A DNA stretch of 64,000 bases from Ruditapes philippinarum. Taxonomy: Eukaryota. Position numbers and translations under genes: made by a program. Of this stretch, positions 51,350 through 64,000 are shown piece after piece. Location of the stretch: assembly GCF_026571515.1 (NCBI RefSeq), contig NW_026865826.1:124001-188000 (forward strand), read 5' to 3'. Position 1 is the first letter of the stretch. Every line of letters starts with the position of its first letter. A model generated the notes under the pieces. It saw only the letters and a list, made by a program, of their open reading frames with translations, was not told where the DNA came from and did not search any database.

Positions 51350-51840
51350 TTAACCTGTTAGCAGTCTGATGATATATTTCAATTTGAGTTTGCTAGTAGG
51401 GGACCAGACTTCAGTTGTATATTCTTGTTGTGGTAGAACAAATGTCTTATATGCCTTGGCCTTGACCTTAAGGGTATATGAGCTTACCTTAATATTAATA
51501 AAAAAACCAAGTGTTTGGTTTGCCTTTTTGGTTGACCTATTTATATGCTCGTCATAATTTGATATATCAACGCGCAAGTATTTGACTGATGTTACCATCA
51601 GTAGAATAGTTCCATTAAGAGATTAAGCAGTTGGTATAGGATGATTATTTCTGACGTGGATTACTAATATTTGGACTGGTTGAACTCCATGTATCAATCA
51701 AACTCCCATTTTATAAGGATTCAAGTCTTTTTGAAGGGTTTCCGACCTGATGCTAAGGTAAGTATAGGGCTGTATCATCAGCAAATAGACGAACTTTTGA
51801 GGGGACGTCTTCTGAAAGAGGTCATTTATGCATGCGTAGT
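51350..51840 (-). mobile_element. Decayed LINE RT C-terminal fragment
   Basis: KYLRVDI...HINRSTKKANQTLGF...KAYKTFVLPQQEY..EVWSP, matching the KYLGV/KKAN..LGF/RP.LEY..VW.P pattern. Confidence 0.7.
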
Positions 51841-52497
51841 AAAGTTAGCGGAGATATGAATTCCGTTGAAAAATCCTCTTGTTTACCACGAAAACTCAAA
51901 TCTTTACCATTGCAGCCGTATATGAATAGCAAGGATATTACAAACACTTCACGAGGAAAAAAAACAACCAATAAAATAAAATAAAAGATAAAACAATAAT
52001 TAGAAAAGCAAAATAAAAGCCTAGTATCCCATATATATGTAAGGGGAGTAATTTAGAAACAAATTTCGACAGAGATTTTAATAGTTGTCTTTTGGTCTTG
52101 CCAATATGTCATTTGGTATCTACGAAGAATAACAATATAATAACTTCTAAATTATCGGTTAAAGAAGATGGTGTTACTAGTATATAGATTTCTTATCTTC
52201 GATTATTTGTTGTACGTAACGCACTTTGGGCAATAACCCTAAAATTAATTTTACCCCAAAAGCATAACTATGTAGGCGATTTATTACTCAGTCTTATTCA
52301 ATGTGTGACAACTTTCAGTGTTATACCATGCTACATTGCTGTTGTTGATCTGATTAAATATTGAAAACTGATTATATAGATGTACTCTATCGTTTGAGCT
52401 TGATTTATCTTTATGTCTATTTTCATATACTGATTAACGGAACATGTTGCAAGTGAATGAAAATCTTGTCCGAATAGATATATCAAACGAGAAGCTA

Positions 52498-53715
52498 CAA
52501 GGCGTGTTCAAATATTCATGAATGCAATTGGGTCAATTTTCAGAAGTTCAAAATATTCACCACCATGTGATATACATAGTTTTTGTCTTTTAATTCAATT
52601 TATAAATGCGTTTTCATAATCTTTTCGAGGTATACTGTCCAGACACTGAACAATAGCCGAACCGAGATTTTTTCGCGTTTGATATTTCCAGCATGGTAGA
52701 AAAATAGTCACAAGAAGCAAGATCTGTCAAATAAGGAGAGCAAGGAAGCTCAACAACCGTTTCCTGTTTAAGATATTCTCGTACAATGGCCGCTTTGTGT
52801 GACGTAGCACTGTCATGCAACAACATGACACCACGGAGACCAGTTGCTGGGCGACGGTTTTGAATTATTTCTTTAATTTATGATGGATGTTGCCTTCGTA
52901 AAACTTGGCATTTACAGATTCATCCTTTGGTACTGCAATTTGAATTGGTAAAAAAAGTTACATATGTAATATTTTTTGACACTCATGGTGCCTTTTTCAA
53001 GTCCTTTGACTAACTTTGGTTGCCCATATTTTGTTATGTATCTTTCGCTTGGGCTCATAAAAGTGAAACCACGTCTTATCGCCAGTGATGATTCTTGCAA
53101 AAGATCGATTGTTGCATTAAGAGAACTGTTTTAACAATTGTTTGGAGATTCTTACCCGAGCAAGTTATTGCTCTTTTGTACGATGGGGGTATCCCTCTGG
53201 CATTTATCCTTCTCATTTTTAAATCACGTCTGAGAATTGTATGAGCGGCTCCTGCATTTATTATAAAACTTGCATCAAAAGCGATCAAATCCTTAACTTT
53301 TTCAACCATTTTTGGCAAAGTTGCAGTTTTAGGACGGCGTAATTTTACTGAATCAACACCACTTTGAAATTTCTTATACCACCGTGTGACAGATGAAAAA
53401 GCAAATTCATTGTTCCCATAAACACGACATATTTCATTAAATATGTCTTTCGCCTGTATACCAAGGTACAGCGGTTCTTGATATTGGACCGTATTTGGTC
53501 TGAGAAAGAAGACCTTTTCCAAACCATTAGTATACACGAGTAGATAGCCTTAATCGATTTATAGCCAAAGCTAGACTGAACGAACTGATTTACACATGCA
53601 TTGTATCAATTGAGAGCTTTCACAACCATCTTTGCGATACATGTACATAGTTCGTGCAAAACGTGGTTCAAAGTGACATATTGGCCTAGTTGCATTCATA
53701 TTTGAACACCCTTGG
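52498..53715 (-). mobile_element. Full-length defective mariner transposon; transposase pseudogene
   Basis: TA TSDs; TIR core gtgttcaaatat / atatttgaacac; frameshifted HTH (VTRWYKKFQSG), IITGDKTW, LLHDSATSH, SPYLTDLASCDY (YSPDLAPCDY-like). Confidence 0.88.
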
Positions 53716-56155
53716 TATATAGTTTTCATGTGTATATGAACTATAACAAATCAAAACTCGTAAGCGTTCTCCGGTATGGAATGTTACAATCCTTTAATTA
53801 CAGCAATATATATTAAGAACTAGATATTTGTTTGATTATTCATCTATCAAAAAGCCAGTAAAATTTTCTTAAAGCTTAGGACAATGATGGTAACGTAGCT
53901 TTTGTTTATTTTTTGCATCATTATTTGAATATGATATCCAATTACGTACCGTAACACATAGTAAGCTAGTTTTAAGCAATGAGATCATATTATCAAAACG
54001 TTATTGAGCAATTTGTTTGTGTATTTAAACTTTAAACATGTTCGCTAACAGAAGTCAATTGGAAAAGAAACAATTAACATTGTATAATGTTTGCTTTCAA
54101 CGTAGGCTACATTGCCGAGGTGAATAGAAAGGCATATACCTATACGCACTCAATGTAAAGTTAAAAGACAAACGTTGCTCGTATCATGCAAGTCCTTCTA
54201 TTTTTATTTTTGTTTGCCTAATGGAAATTACATTTCATCTAATATTTTATTATTTCGGAGTATATATGCATTATATCTATAGCTGACAGTGCGTAAGAAA
54301 AATTATTCAAATAAACCTAAAGCTACTTATACACTTATACATGAAATATACACTTACAAGCACATAGTAAAATATCTTTTTTAGGTATAAAATCAAAGAT
54401 TAGACAATTTGGTATTAAATTGTGCAAGAGTGCATGGCAGTGGTTGTCTTACTCTTAATTCAAATATATTACTTATCTGTAAACTGTGTAATGTGTATAA
54501 CAATCTAGTAGCTGAACAATAAGAGAATTTTTTAATTAATGTTTTGTAACTGTTTCATGCACATTTCACAGGTTCAACAATGTTCTAATTTAAACAAACA
54601 TTCAATTAAGATTAAAGTATCGTTTTGCTTTAAATACATAATGCCATTTGTTGGTTCATTTTGCTTGTTCAAATATATAATTTATAAAGCTAAATATCAT
54701 TTAAAAGACTATGTACGTATAATAGATTTTATTCAAAAAGATATAACTGAAGGATGATTAAATAAGAGTACAAAACGTTTGCCTAGTAAGTACATTCTAA
54801 GTTTTGATTTTATCAAAATTTACGCTAATTTAATCTTGACAACGCATAATGTTATCCTTTAGGACAAATTTATAGGTTATGCGCATGAATACGCAGCATT
54901 AATTTAGTTCTATTGGGAGTGGTTGATTTGTCATTTGTTACATGAATTAATTATACTTTATATTGGCAAATTATCGATTACATCAACCTTGTGTTTTCTC
55001 AAAAAGTGAATAATACAAAAATATATTTTTTTTTAAAGATTAGAAACAAGAAAATAAACGAGAACTACATTAATTAAATCACCCCCTGCTAATATCTGGT
55101 ATATTGTGTTTTTATTCAACATTACCATTCAATGTATCTTCATTCATTTTCTGAATTTCTATCAGCATTGAACGTTTCTTTCTTGATAATTGTTGTTTAT
55201 CAAAAGACGTTTCATTCTTAACGCGATTACAGAGCATTATTTTCAATTTATTGATAAATAGCAAGTCATGAATTGTCTTGAACTATAAATGTGTCTGACA
55301 AAATGCCAGATCATCGTTGAGAAATTTATTAACCTGTATTTACTCAATAATAGACAATTAAAAAAGAAAAGAAACAAGAAAAGGTAGAAACCGAATATAA
55401 AATCGTATTTTCTTAACAGTTTTCTAAGCGAGTGACATTAAAATTCCTGTGCATTCGATCTTCTACTTTAGGGTCGTTAAGTTACTAATGATATTTCTCT
55501 TCCTAACAAGTTTCACTGATTCTACACTATTTGCCCATTTTATCATTTTAAGCACCACCTGCTAAGCAAGGTATCCTTATTTCGCTAGCAAAATTTTATT
55601 TATATTTTGTATCAACGAACTTCTTCTAAGTCCAGCCATTCGCAAGTTACATAAATTTATAGACTGGCAAGTCGTTACAATCAAGTTTGTTTCTAATGTG
55701 TTTCTAGCTATATGATTTGCTTTGATTTCCTTTTTGTCTCGATAATACTTTTCAATCCAAATACGCGCATTTAATACAAATATCTAGTATGTTCTTTTTC
55801 TTTCTTTTTTTTGTTCTCATATAAGTGTAAGTCGATGAAGCATATATGAATTTTATAAAATATGATAATTGTAAACGATCATGAATAATATAATGCAGTT
55901 TTTGTAAGTGAAAACAAATATATTACAATTAACATAATGAAATCAGTTGTGACACGTTATTGTGATAAAAATCTAGATTACGTTTTAAAACTCTTTGATA
56001 TTCTTTCGGCTAATAAGTTTACAAATTACTTACAGGCATAATAAATATTCAAGCCTTACGGTATAATCAATTAACAAATATAAGAGTCAGTATTACTTAC
56101 GAAATCTTACAGGTTGAATTTCTTCGACATTGGTACGTATCGAACAAAAATAGCC

Positions 56156-58645
56156 ATGAAAATCGGACAAATTTGCGTGCTTCTTTTCTTTTTTAAGAAT
56201 GTTTACGGAGGAAGTCATGTTCCACCTCCTCCGATGTTGGATTTTACAATGGTAAGTGCATCACTTTTGAAAACAACAATTACTTGCTATTCTTTTTCTC
56301 TTTTGATCACTGTATGACTGTAAACTGCAATATTTATTATCAAAAAGGTGTTTTATTGTGTAAAATACGAGAACATTACATAAATGTGTTCCTTCTTTAT
56401 CAGAAAAGTGTCACCGGGTATTTAAATAATATAATATTTACGATAACGTCAGCGTCCAACAAAAAAGTACAGTGACCGCTTAAACGGGCGCTATTGCATT
56501 TTGATTGACGTGTAATTGCGATGAATGGTTCACAAAACGTGCACTATCAACAGTGTCAGTATATTTTACTAAAAATTGTATTATTTAAACAATGTGCATT
56601 TCTTCTATAGTGAACTTTTGCCATTTTGTTAAGACAATGTGCAGTATAATATAAGAAAAACACACAGTACTTCGGACGTCATAGCAATATTCTGACCTCC
56701 CAGTCAATTCCTGACTAAATGGTTATTATAATTCTATGAGACCCTCAGTGTTGTGAACCTTTACTAAAATAGACTACAAGAAGTAAAAAACAAACTGTCG
56801 GTAGTATTTTACTTTTCACTTATGTCTTACCTTATTTCAAGTTTTACCATTATAAATACTAGTCATACGCAAAAACATACAGACATAAAAGTTTAATATG
56901 CTACATAAAGGAATTAATAATAAATACTTAAAAATGTGTAAAAGAATTGTAAATGTCTATGCTGAAAATAATTTATTATAAATAACTGTTTCCATTCATC
57001 AACAACCTGTCTCTTTTAACAATATTTTCCAATTGTTTAGGAAATCGATATAAATCTTGAGTACAAGTAAAATTAAAATATATCATGTTATAAATGACGT
57101 CATATGGCGTCAAGCGTTCGTTTTTATTTTGTGCATATATCGTGCAAAATGCACTTGATTGTCCTATCTGTTTGATAGTGGAATAGTGCGAAGCGTGTTA
57201 GAATGATTCGATCAGGCAGGATTATACAATATAGATCTAATATGCGTTCTTTCGGTAGGGTTAAATGTTCCTTTTTATGTTTACAGTACCTTTGTAATTG
57301 AATTGTTTTGAACTCTTGCAGTTACTAGCTGCTGCCCGGCAAAACCAGGATCATCTGACAAACATCATTAACGGGATTCAGCAAGTCAGTATACCAATTT
57401 AACACTGAAACAGTACACCTTAAGATGTATTTGAATTTTAATGAACATTTTAGAATTGTTTTCAAACTCTAAACAAAGTTACTCGCTGTCCACAAAATTT
57501 AGGGTTCATCTGTACAAACCCAAAAATTGTAAATATTACAATAACTGAAAGTAAAAATCTCTTGAATTGAATTTCTTTTAGAATTCGTTTCAATTAAAAG
57601 TATCATATATTATTTGAACTTTTGAAAAAGTGTTGTACAAAATTTATTCTTAAATTTTATTTTCCATTATTTTATGTAGATGATTTTGAAAAAAGGTATA
57701 ATGCCACTTTTTGCATAAGTGAGAAAAACAGAACATATAGGAAATGTTTTTTTTATTATTTTATCTTTTGAATGTAAACACGTGAAAAGATAATTACGGA
57801 ATTAATGATAAGGAGAGAAAGTTTAAAATGTTCAGAATATAAAGCCTATGGCGACATTTCTATATTTCGTCTACATCATGTTTCATATAATGTTTGTTTC
57901 TCTTGGAAATTTCGTGTTACTGTATGTGTTGCATTTGAAATCAAGTTGGAAGTCTATTCACGTCTAGGATAAACTGCACAATACATTAAACGATACGTAC
58001 ACTCATATCGCTTAAAAAAAATGATACTACTTTGATTAATTGTCAAAACTGATCATTTAAAATTTGTTCCCCGAGTTGATGATATTAAGATAAATATAAC
58101 TTTTTATTGTGGAACAATAGATATCTACGTTAAACTCAATGTTTCCTGAAGATACTTTTTTCTTAACGTTTCAGACGATTGCACAGCAAGTTTCCAGCAT
58201 TTCAGACATAGCAAATACAATTGCAGTCAATGCGTCAGGCATCAACAAACGGGTTATTTTAGAGAAAGTAAATGATCTAGGCAGTACGTTCACAGATACA
58301 AACACCAAATCCAGCTTAATACAAAGCAGTGTAAATCACATGAATGAAAACATTGATTCTATCCTGCAAGTTGCACAGTCAGTCAATGATAAAACCGATA
58401 CTGTTAAGGGAACGACGAACCAAATTGAACAAAGCATGGAATCGATCGGGTCTTCCTTTGATCATATTGCAGAAAGAATCGGTTCTACCAGCCACACCAC
58501 AAACGAAATCAAGACGCAAACTGATTCCATTCAGAGTTTGGCCTCTGAAACAAACAGGAAAACGGACACGTTACGAAGTATGTTCAACAACTTCGCTAGA
58601 ATCACTCGACAAACAGTTCAAACGGCCAGATGTTTGTTTGGATAG
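56156..58645 (+). CDS. Uncharacterised, probably secreted coiled-coil protein (about 209 aa; exons 56156-56251, 57322-57384, 58175-58645)
   Basis: Signal-peptide-like MKIGQICVLLFFFKNVYG; phase-0 GT-AG junctions; 156-aa heptad-rich last exon; AATAAA at 58745-58750; paralogue at 62735-63229. Confidence 0.72.
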
Positions 58646-58830
58646 ACTTGAACGATACACCTGACCAAGATATTTCATCTACGAACCAGCCATTTTCAAA
58701 ATTACGATTTATTTCTGAATATTTACATATTGCAAATTAAATTCAATAAATATGTAAGACTGCAACCAAACATGTTCTGTTTTGAATGAATACATACAAT
58801 GTTGATTAAATAATTAAATAACACCACATA

Positions 58831-59815
58831 CTGTAAACTTCACTTATAGCGAACACGGTTATAGCGAACTTTCGGTTATAAGGAACATTTTATCTTGGCC
58901 CGAATTTCGCCCTTCTTTATTTAATATAAATATATACGGTTATGACGAATACGGTTATAAGGAGTTATCGCTTATAAGGAACTCAATTCTTAGTCCTAAT
59001 TTAGTTAACAGTACAGAAAGTTACACGTTTATAACGAACTCCAAAATATCGGCTATTCCTAAATAGATCCCGCATTTTTAACTTTCATTTTCATTGGCAC
59101 GGATTAAAACTCGTTATTGTTGTATGTTCTTCAAAACATCTATGAATTTGTATAGCAGTACGTAATAATTTTCTATTTACGATATTTTTAGCATGAGTTC
59201 TTGTCACCAAGATAAAACGGTTATTACTTTTATTCTTTTATTTATTCTTTAATAGTTTTACTCGAGTAAAAACATACTGATCATTTAAAATCGGTTTTCA
59301 ACATAATCACGTATACTTGCAAGCACTATCCTTTGAAAACTACAAAGTACGCTTGATTGAAATGAAAATAAATCTATATCTATCATGATTAAAAGACACC
59401 CTTAAAATACAATAGAAGGTACTCAATATTATAGGAAGGAAAAATCGAAAATCTTGTTTATTCTTAATCACTGAAATAAAACGAAAAGCACAGAGTTAAG
59501 AAACAAAATATGATAGTTTATGAGAAATTAAAAAAGGGAGTAAAACTTAAACTGAAATAGCAAAGGATTTTCAATTTCCATAAAGAACGCTCCCGGGTAT
59601 TGTGCCCAAAAATTAAATAAATGACTTATTTGTCTTGATCAAATTCTCTTCAAAATGGCGGACGATGGTAAACAATAAGTTCGTTATATGTAAATATGTT
59701 CGCTATAAAAACTCCTGGTACAAGGAATTTATTCGCTATATGCTTACACGGAACTCCAGATATAAGGAACAGATTTTGAATGTCCCGATGAGTTCGTTAT
59801 AAGCGGAGTTTACTG
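58831..59815. mobile_element. pogo/Tigger-like MITE
   Basis: Imperfect TIRs ctgtaaacttcacttatagcgaac / gttcgttataagcggagtttactg; subterminal gttataa(c/g)gaa repeats; TA at the left flank. Confidence 0.7.
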
Positions 59816-60056
59816 CAACCAATAATATTTGCATTAATTTTCATAACAAAATTTTTGGAGAAAAAGAACAAAGAAGTGAGGCGAAATTCAACTTGATAAC
59901 TGATCTAGGACTTTGTGTCTTTTGGTCATTTGTCTTTCACTGCTTATTTAGATATTATGGGGGTAAGTAGTCGGTAACTTGCCGAGAAGTTGGTAATTAC
60001 TGGTGGGTTATGCAGGAAAGCCGGTGAGGTGGGTCTAACGCAGTGATATGACCGAA

Positions 60057-60205
60057 ACGCAGAGATCATGGGTTCGAGCCCTACTCAGGTCACGACCATA
60101 TGTCTTCAAATGACACCTGTACTGGTCGGTTCCCGGAAGCGGACTCGAAAGTGATAAATAAAAGTTGCAAGAACTTGTTTCGCAATCAAGCTTAAATTAA
60201 TATGA
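60057..60205 (+). mobile_element. Meta-type SINE, second family
   Basis: B-box gggttcgagcc; gtactggtcggttcccggaagcggactcga core; fragment also at 33926-33989 (minus). Confidence 0.65.
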
Positions 60206-61762
60206 TTAAACCAAACCATATGACCAAAAAAGTGTTTAAATCGGCTGGCGTAAAAAAAGTTCACAAACAGACCAACCAAACTAACAAACAAACAAACACT
60301 CTTTGAAAATAAAATCACATTGACATGTTGTACTGCTGAAGCAAATTCAAAAAATAGTTGAAAACAAACAATTTTCTTACAATTTAAAACGTGCATAGTT
60401 GGTTTATTAATATCATACTTATGTTTTTTTCATATAATTTATATGTACATTAGATTTACATTGTACATGGACGGATTTGGATACTGCAAATTACCATTAA
60501 CCCTCTAGCACCAGCTTAAGTAGAATATTCAACATTTAAACACAAAATTTGTGAAATTTTGAATTTAGAAACATCCACAGTTGTTTTCATACGGCAGTTA
60601 ACATTGAACCTTTAATGTGACACGTAAGTTCCATTCCGTTAAACATGTTAAAAGCAGAGTATGGTCCCCAATTAAAGAATGCGACTGCCTAAACGAGCCT
60701 TAAACGAGAACACATGATGTCAAAAGACAAGTTTAAAATCAGGCAACATATCCTAACGGTGATTATACAGTGTTTAAGTTGGAATACTTGAAACTAATAA
60801 ATCAAATACTTCAAATATATCACTTTAGCTTCGAAACTCGCCAGTGACATTGAAATAGATTTAAATAGATGGTCTTGAAAAGCTTTCAAGCTGTCCTTTA
60901 CTGTATGTCATTGGTTCTAGTGCTTAAAATACTGTAGGGATTCATCGTTCATTTAGCTCAAAAGTCGCCACATGACCTGACAGTGGTTGTAAAATATCAA
61001 TCCATATATGCCATCGACCGACTAAACATCCTTATTAAACCAATATGAATACGGCCATTATTCTAAATATCATTTTCGCACAAAGTATAAATAACATTTA
61101 TGTCTCAAGCAAAGGTATATGAAACGAATAAAATGTATATCCTCGGGATATCTTTTTCTTTAAGTGTTTATTGAAATAAATCTTTTATGTTTATATATTT
61201 TAGAAAAATATTTCCATTTCGCGCTGTACAATAAACGTATAGTCATTTTCTATGACGATTCATTCTCCAGTAAAAGTATTCTATGGCTGTAATCCTTTTG
61301 CCTTCAGGAAAAATTATTCTGCGATGTATATAAATATTTTATTCAATTGGCAATTCTTTCGTTATAAGTCAAATATATCGGAAGGCTTTATAGGCTTCTT
61401 CAGTTGAATCAATTGAAACATTTGAGATAGGCGTATCCTTTTTAAATATATTTTCTGCAGCAAAGAACTTCAAATAGAACAAAAATATCTTCGCTCATTA
61501 AATTCAAGCAACTAAGGAAATAGGAAATCCCTTGAAAGCATGATATTAAATGTAAAACTGGCCGGTCGCATTGAATGCGGATAATGAAAATTGCAGTATC
61601 TCTCTCCCGTGAACTTTATAACATCTAATCGATGAGTTTTTTATTACATGTATCATATTATAAATACATTTTGTAGTATAAAGCCAAATATTTTAATGCA
61701 AGGTAATTCAATTGGATGGAAAACCATAATTTCATTTATCAATTTCCTATTATCACCGAACA

Positions 61763-62015
61763 AGCCGTGAGCGAATGGTAAAGATTGTTTACATAAAATC
61801 ACTTATCATTAACCGGTAAGCTGGTTTGAATCCCTCCAGAAATTAAAATTCTTTCATGCAAAGAAGCTGTCAAGCTAGCTTCTTGAACGTCTGCGGTACT
61901 TGTCAAGTGCCCATTCGTTGTTGGACCGAGAGTCTTCATCTCTTCCTCTACCATTAAAGTTGGAAAGTCACCGAACGCCCATTAAAACATGTCGGCGTCA
62001 TTTAAAACCAAACAA
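61763..62015 (+). mobile_element. SINE related to 23975-24200
   Basis: ggtttgaatccc B-box; ttcctctaccattaaagttggaaagtc core. Confidence 0.5.
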
Positions 62016-62090
62016 AATAGAAGCAAAACGTAGGTAGTTTATAGTTTAAGTTCAAAACAATGTTCATTCCCCAAAGGAAAATAAATTTTA

Positions 62091-62316
62091 AAGCTTATTT
62101 GGTTTATACAGAATTTATTTTAGTTTGATTGTGTAGGAAGCTATTAGCTTTTAAACACACTTCCGAATCCGTTCCTGGAACCAACCAGTACTGAGCAATG
62201 AGTGTTAAGTTTCTTGCTCAAGGAAACAACGACTTGCCCCTGTCAGGGTTTGAACCCATGCGGCTAGCGATCATTAGATTACTAGTCCGACGCGTTAACC
62301 ACTCAGCCATGCCGCC
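62091..62316 (-). mobile_element. Meta-type SINE, near full length
   Basis: Minus strand: ggcggcatggctgagtgg A-box, gggttcaaacc B-box, ccttgagcaagaaact...gtactggttggttccaggaacggattcg core. Confidence 0.75.
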
Positions 62317-62734
62317 ACCGTAACGCTTATTTAGGGATCATAACATAAATAAAGATCGTTCAGTTCAGTTCAGTGTTTATTGATATATATTTTATTACAG
62401 AAAGAAAATTTGCAAAAAAGTAAAAGTGGTAGTTAAATATATAGATTTAGAATTATAATCATGCAATTGACAGCTACAGTGAAATCATAATTGTATTTTT
62501 GTTTTTCTTGAGAGAGTTGAGGTTGACACGTTGTTGACAAAGACATACTGTAGCTAATATGCAAAGTTTTATCCCAGCATGAAAAACTAAAAAAAATATA
62601 TGGTTATAGATATATTAAATATCTTATTTTTGAAAAGGTCGGAATCAATTTAAGATACACACATTGATTTTGTTTTAAATGAATACAAAATGTTTTCAAG
62701 AAAAAACTTGTCATAGGTCGTTGATTTTTGAGTG

Positions 62735-63229
62735 TTAACATTTCTTGTTAGAATATCGTTTCGTTTCATCCATCTTTTTATCCGTCAATCGAACCAGTCC
62801 ACTCAGGCTTCGAACAGCAAAAAGAAGGCCATCGTTTTTTCTATTCGTATCAGTCACTGTCTCTTCAATGGTTCTGGTAGAAGAAGCGATTTCCTTAGTT
62901 GTTTGATCGATATTATCCACGTCTCCCGAAATATTTTCAGAAGTAGTACGTATGGAGTTTGTTTGACCATTTACTTTGTCCGTTGTTGTCTTTATCTCGT
63001 CTGTTTTCCCATTCAGCGAATTTAGAAGGTTGCGGATAGAGTCTACTTTTCCGTTCATGTCGTTCACAGTTCCTTGAATTTCGTTAGTTTTAGTGTTTGT
63101 GTCAGAGGCCGTTTTCCCAATTCCATCAAGTTTGCCATTAATTTCTCGATCAGAAGCTTGCAAACCATTTACCGCTGATTGAAGAGTGCTAATAGCAGTG
63201 TTGATAGCATTTAGTTGATTAACAATCGA
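62735..63229 (-). CDS. Terminal exon (164 aa) of a paralogous coiled-coil protein; upstream exons not identified, probably beyond the window
   Basis: Acceptor ttttacAG at 63230-63231, phase 0 as in the paralogue; gapless alignment with the 58175-58645 protein (DTNTK, MN..(I/V)DSI, N.KTD, TT.EI, TNRK.D). Confidence 0.75.
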   Translation of the reverse strand, partial: SIVNQLNAINTAISTLQSAVNGLQASDREINGKLDGIGKTASDTNTKTNEIQGTVNDMNGKVDSIRNLLNSLNGKTDEIKTTTDKVNGQTNSIRTTSENISGDVDNIDQTTKEIASSTRTIEETVTDTNRKNDGLLFAVRSLSGLVRLTDKKMDETKRYSNKKC

Positions 63230-64000
63230 CTGTAAAAGATATGTTTATCAATACAAACAGGAGAGAAATTGCACCTGATTTTTATTATTAAAATTTTTTT
63301 TTGGTCATGATTATCAAAATCAACATTAAAAAACAAATTTGATTTATTTCAAATAGTTCCGATAAAAATATGTTATTCGTTATTTTTTTTATATTTTGCT
63401 TTGCAGTTTGCAAAATCATCTGTCTTAATAAACGTTTTGGTCGACTGTTAAGAATTTTTCATATTATTTAAGATAGAACTATTTGGTATACAAGTTTTCA
63501 AAAGCTTAAGAGCACATCGTAATATTGTTTTGGGAAACATGTTCGAACCGACAATGATTTGCCTTTACCATCTGTATAGATTAGAATGAAATAGAATCCC
63601 TAAAAAGTTCAAAACGGTACATTTGAAAATGTTGCAGGCTCGGTTTGATTGAGCCTGTTCATGGACAGTACTGGAATATGCAGGCTACTATCCAAGCCCC
63701 GTATCACCGGCTAAAGCAGAATTCAAATTTTAAACATGGAAAAGGTGATATTTTGAATTGAGGCACATCCGCAGATGTGTTCTTACGTCGGTTATCATGG
63801 AACCTTCAATGAAAAACGTTAGTGCCATTCCATGATAAGCGGCGTATGGTTCCCGAGTAAAATATTTCATGTGCACTAAACGGGCAAACAATAGACAAAA
63901 GTAAATCAAATGAAATTTTGAAAGGGGATCAGAGCTTATTAAGCCTGCATACAACATATAAGCTATCAAAAAATATGATAAACAAGATCAACAAGGAAAG

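Larger units (their letters stand above)
35873..52090. repeat. Tandem segmental duplication (unit 1 about 35873-42840; unit 2 about 42863-52090), each unit carrying a GPCR gene
   Basis: Colinear shared blocks: 35873/42863, 37570/43146, 38800/44420, 38905/48021, the GPCR ORFs, their upstream regions and a LINE fragment. Confidence 0.85.

Noticed and set aside
58139-63163. Bacterial methyl-accepting chemotaxis protein (horizontal transfer or contamination)
   Set aside because: The resemblance is only heptad composition; the MCP hairpin signature (LLALNAAIEAARAGE) is absent and the exons have spliceosomal boundaries
63677-63951. 10-bp inverted repeat tatgcaggct / agcctgcata as a MITE, and the 79-aa ORF overlapping it
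   Set aside because: The repeat is too short, there is no convincing TSD, and no recognisable protein motif or fitting exon for the coiled-coil gene

Overview
AT-rich eukaryotic DNA, most likely a bivalve mollusc (inferred from Meta-type SINEs, Helentron-associated tandem-array elements and an intronless FMRFamide-receptor-like GPCR duplication). Genes: the 5' end of THOC2 (minus, 2 exons) lies head-to-head with a complete 11-exon ALKBH8 tRNA methyltransferase/dioxygenase (plus, 10061-21619). An intronless 899-aa C2H2 zinc-finger gene is on the minus strand. Two tandemly duplicated intronless class A GPCRs sit in a roughly 7-9 kb segmental duplication. A tail-to-tail pair of paralogous, apparently secreted, Thr/Asn-rich coiled-coil genes lies at 56-63 kb. 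The rest is dense with mobile DNA: Helentron-like elements with 145-180 bp arrays, piggyBac-, Kolobok-, Sola-, pogo- and hAT-like non-autonomous elements, a dead mariner, LINE and Penelope-like fragments, SINEs and foldback palindromes. Most notable: (1) a three-LTR tandem miniature LTR retrotransposon (TRIM) with tRNA-derived LTRs, a Lys primer-binding site (PBS) and a polypurine tract (PPT) in THOC2 intron 1; (2) ALKBH8 appears to have lost all four structural Zn ligands while gaining a Cys-rich 12-aa repeat; (3) the headless secreted coiled-coil gene pair; (4) mosaic, pocket-focused divergence of the GPCR duplicates. All homology calls are from recall of family sequences; no searches were run.
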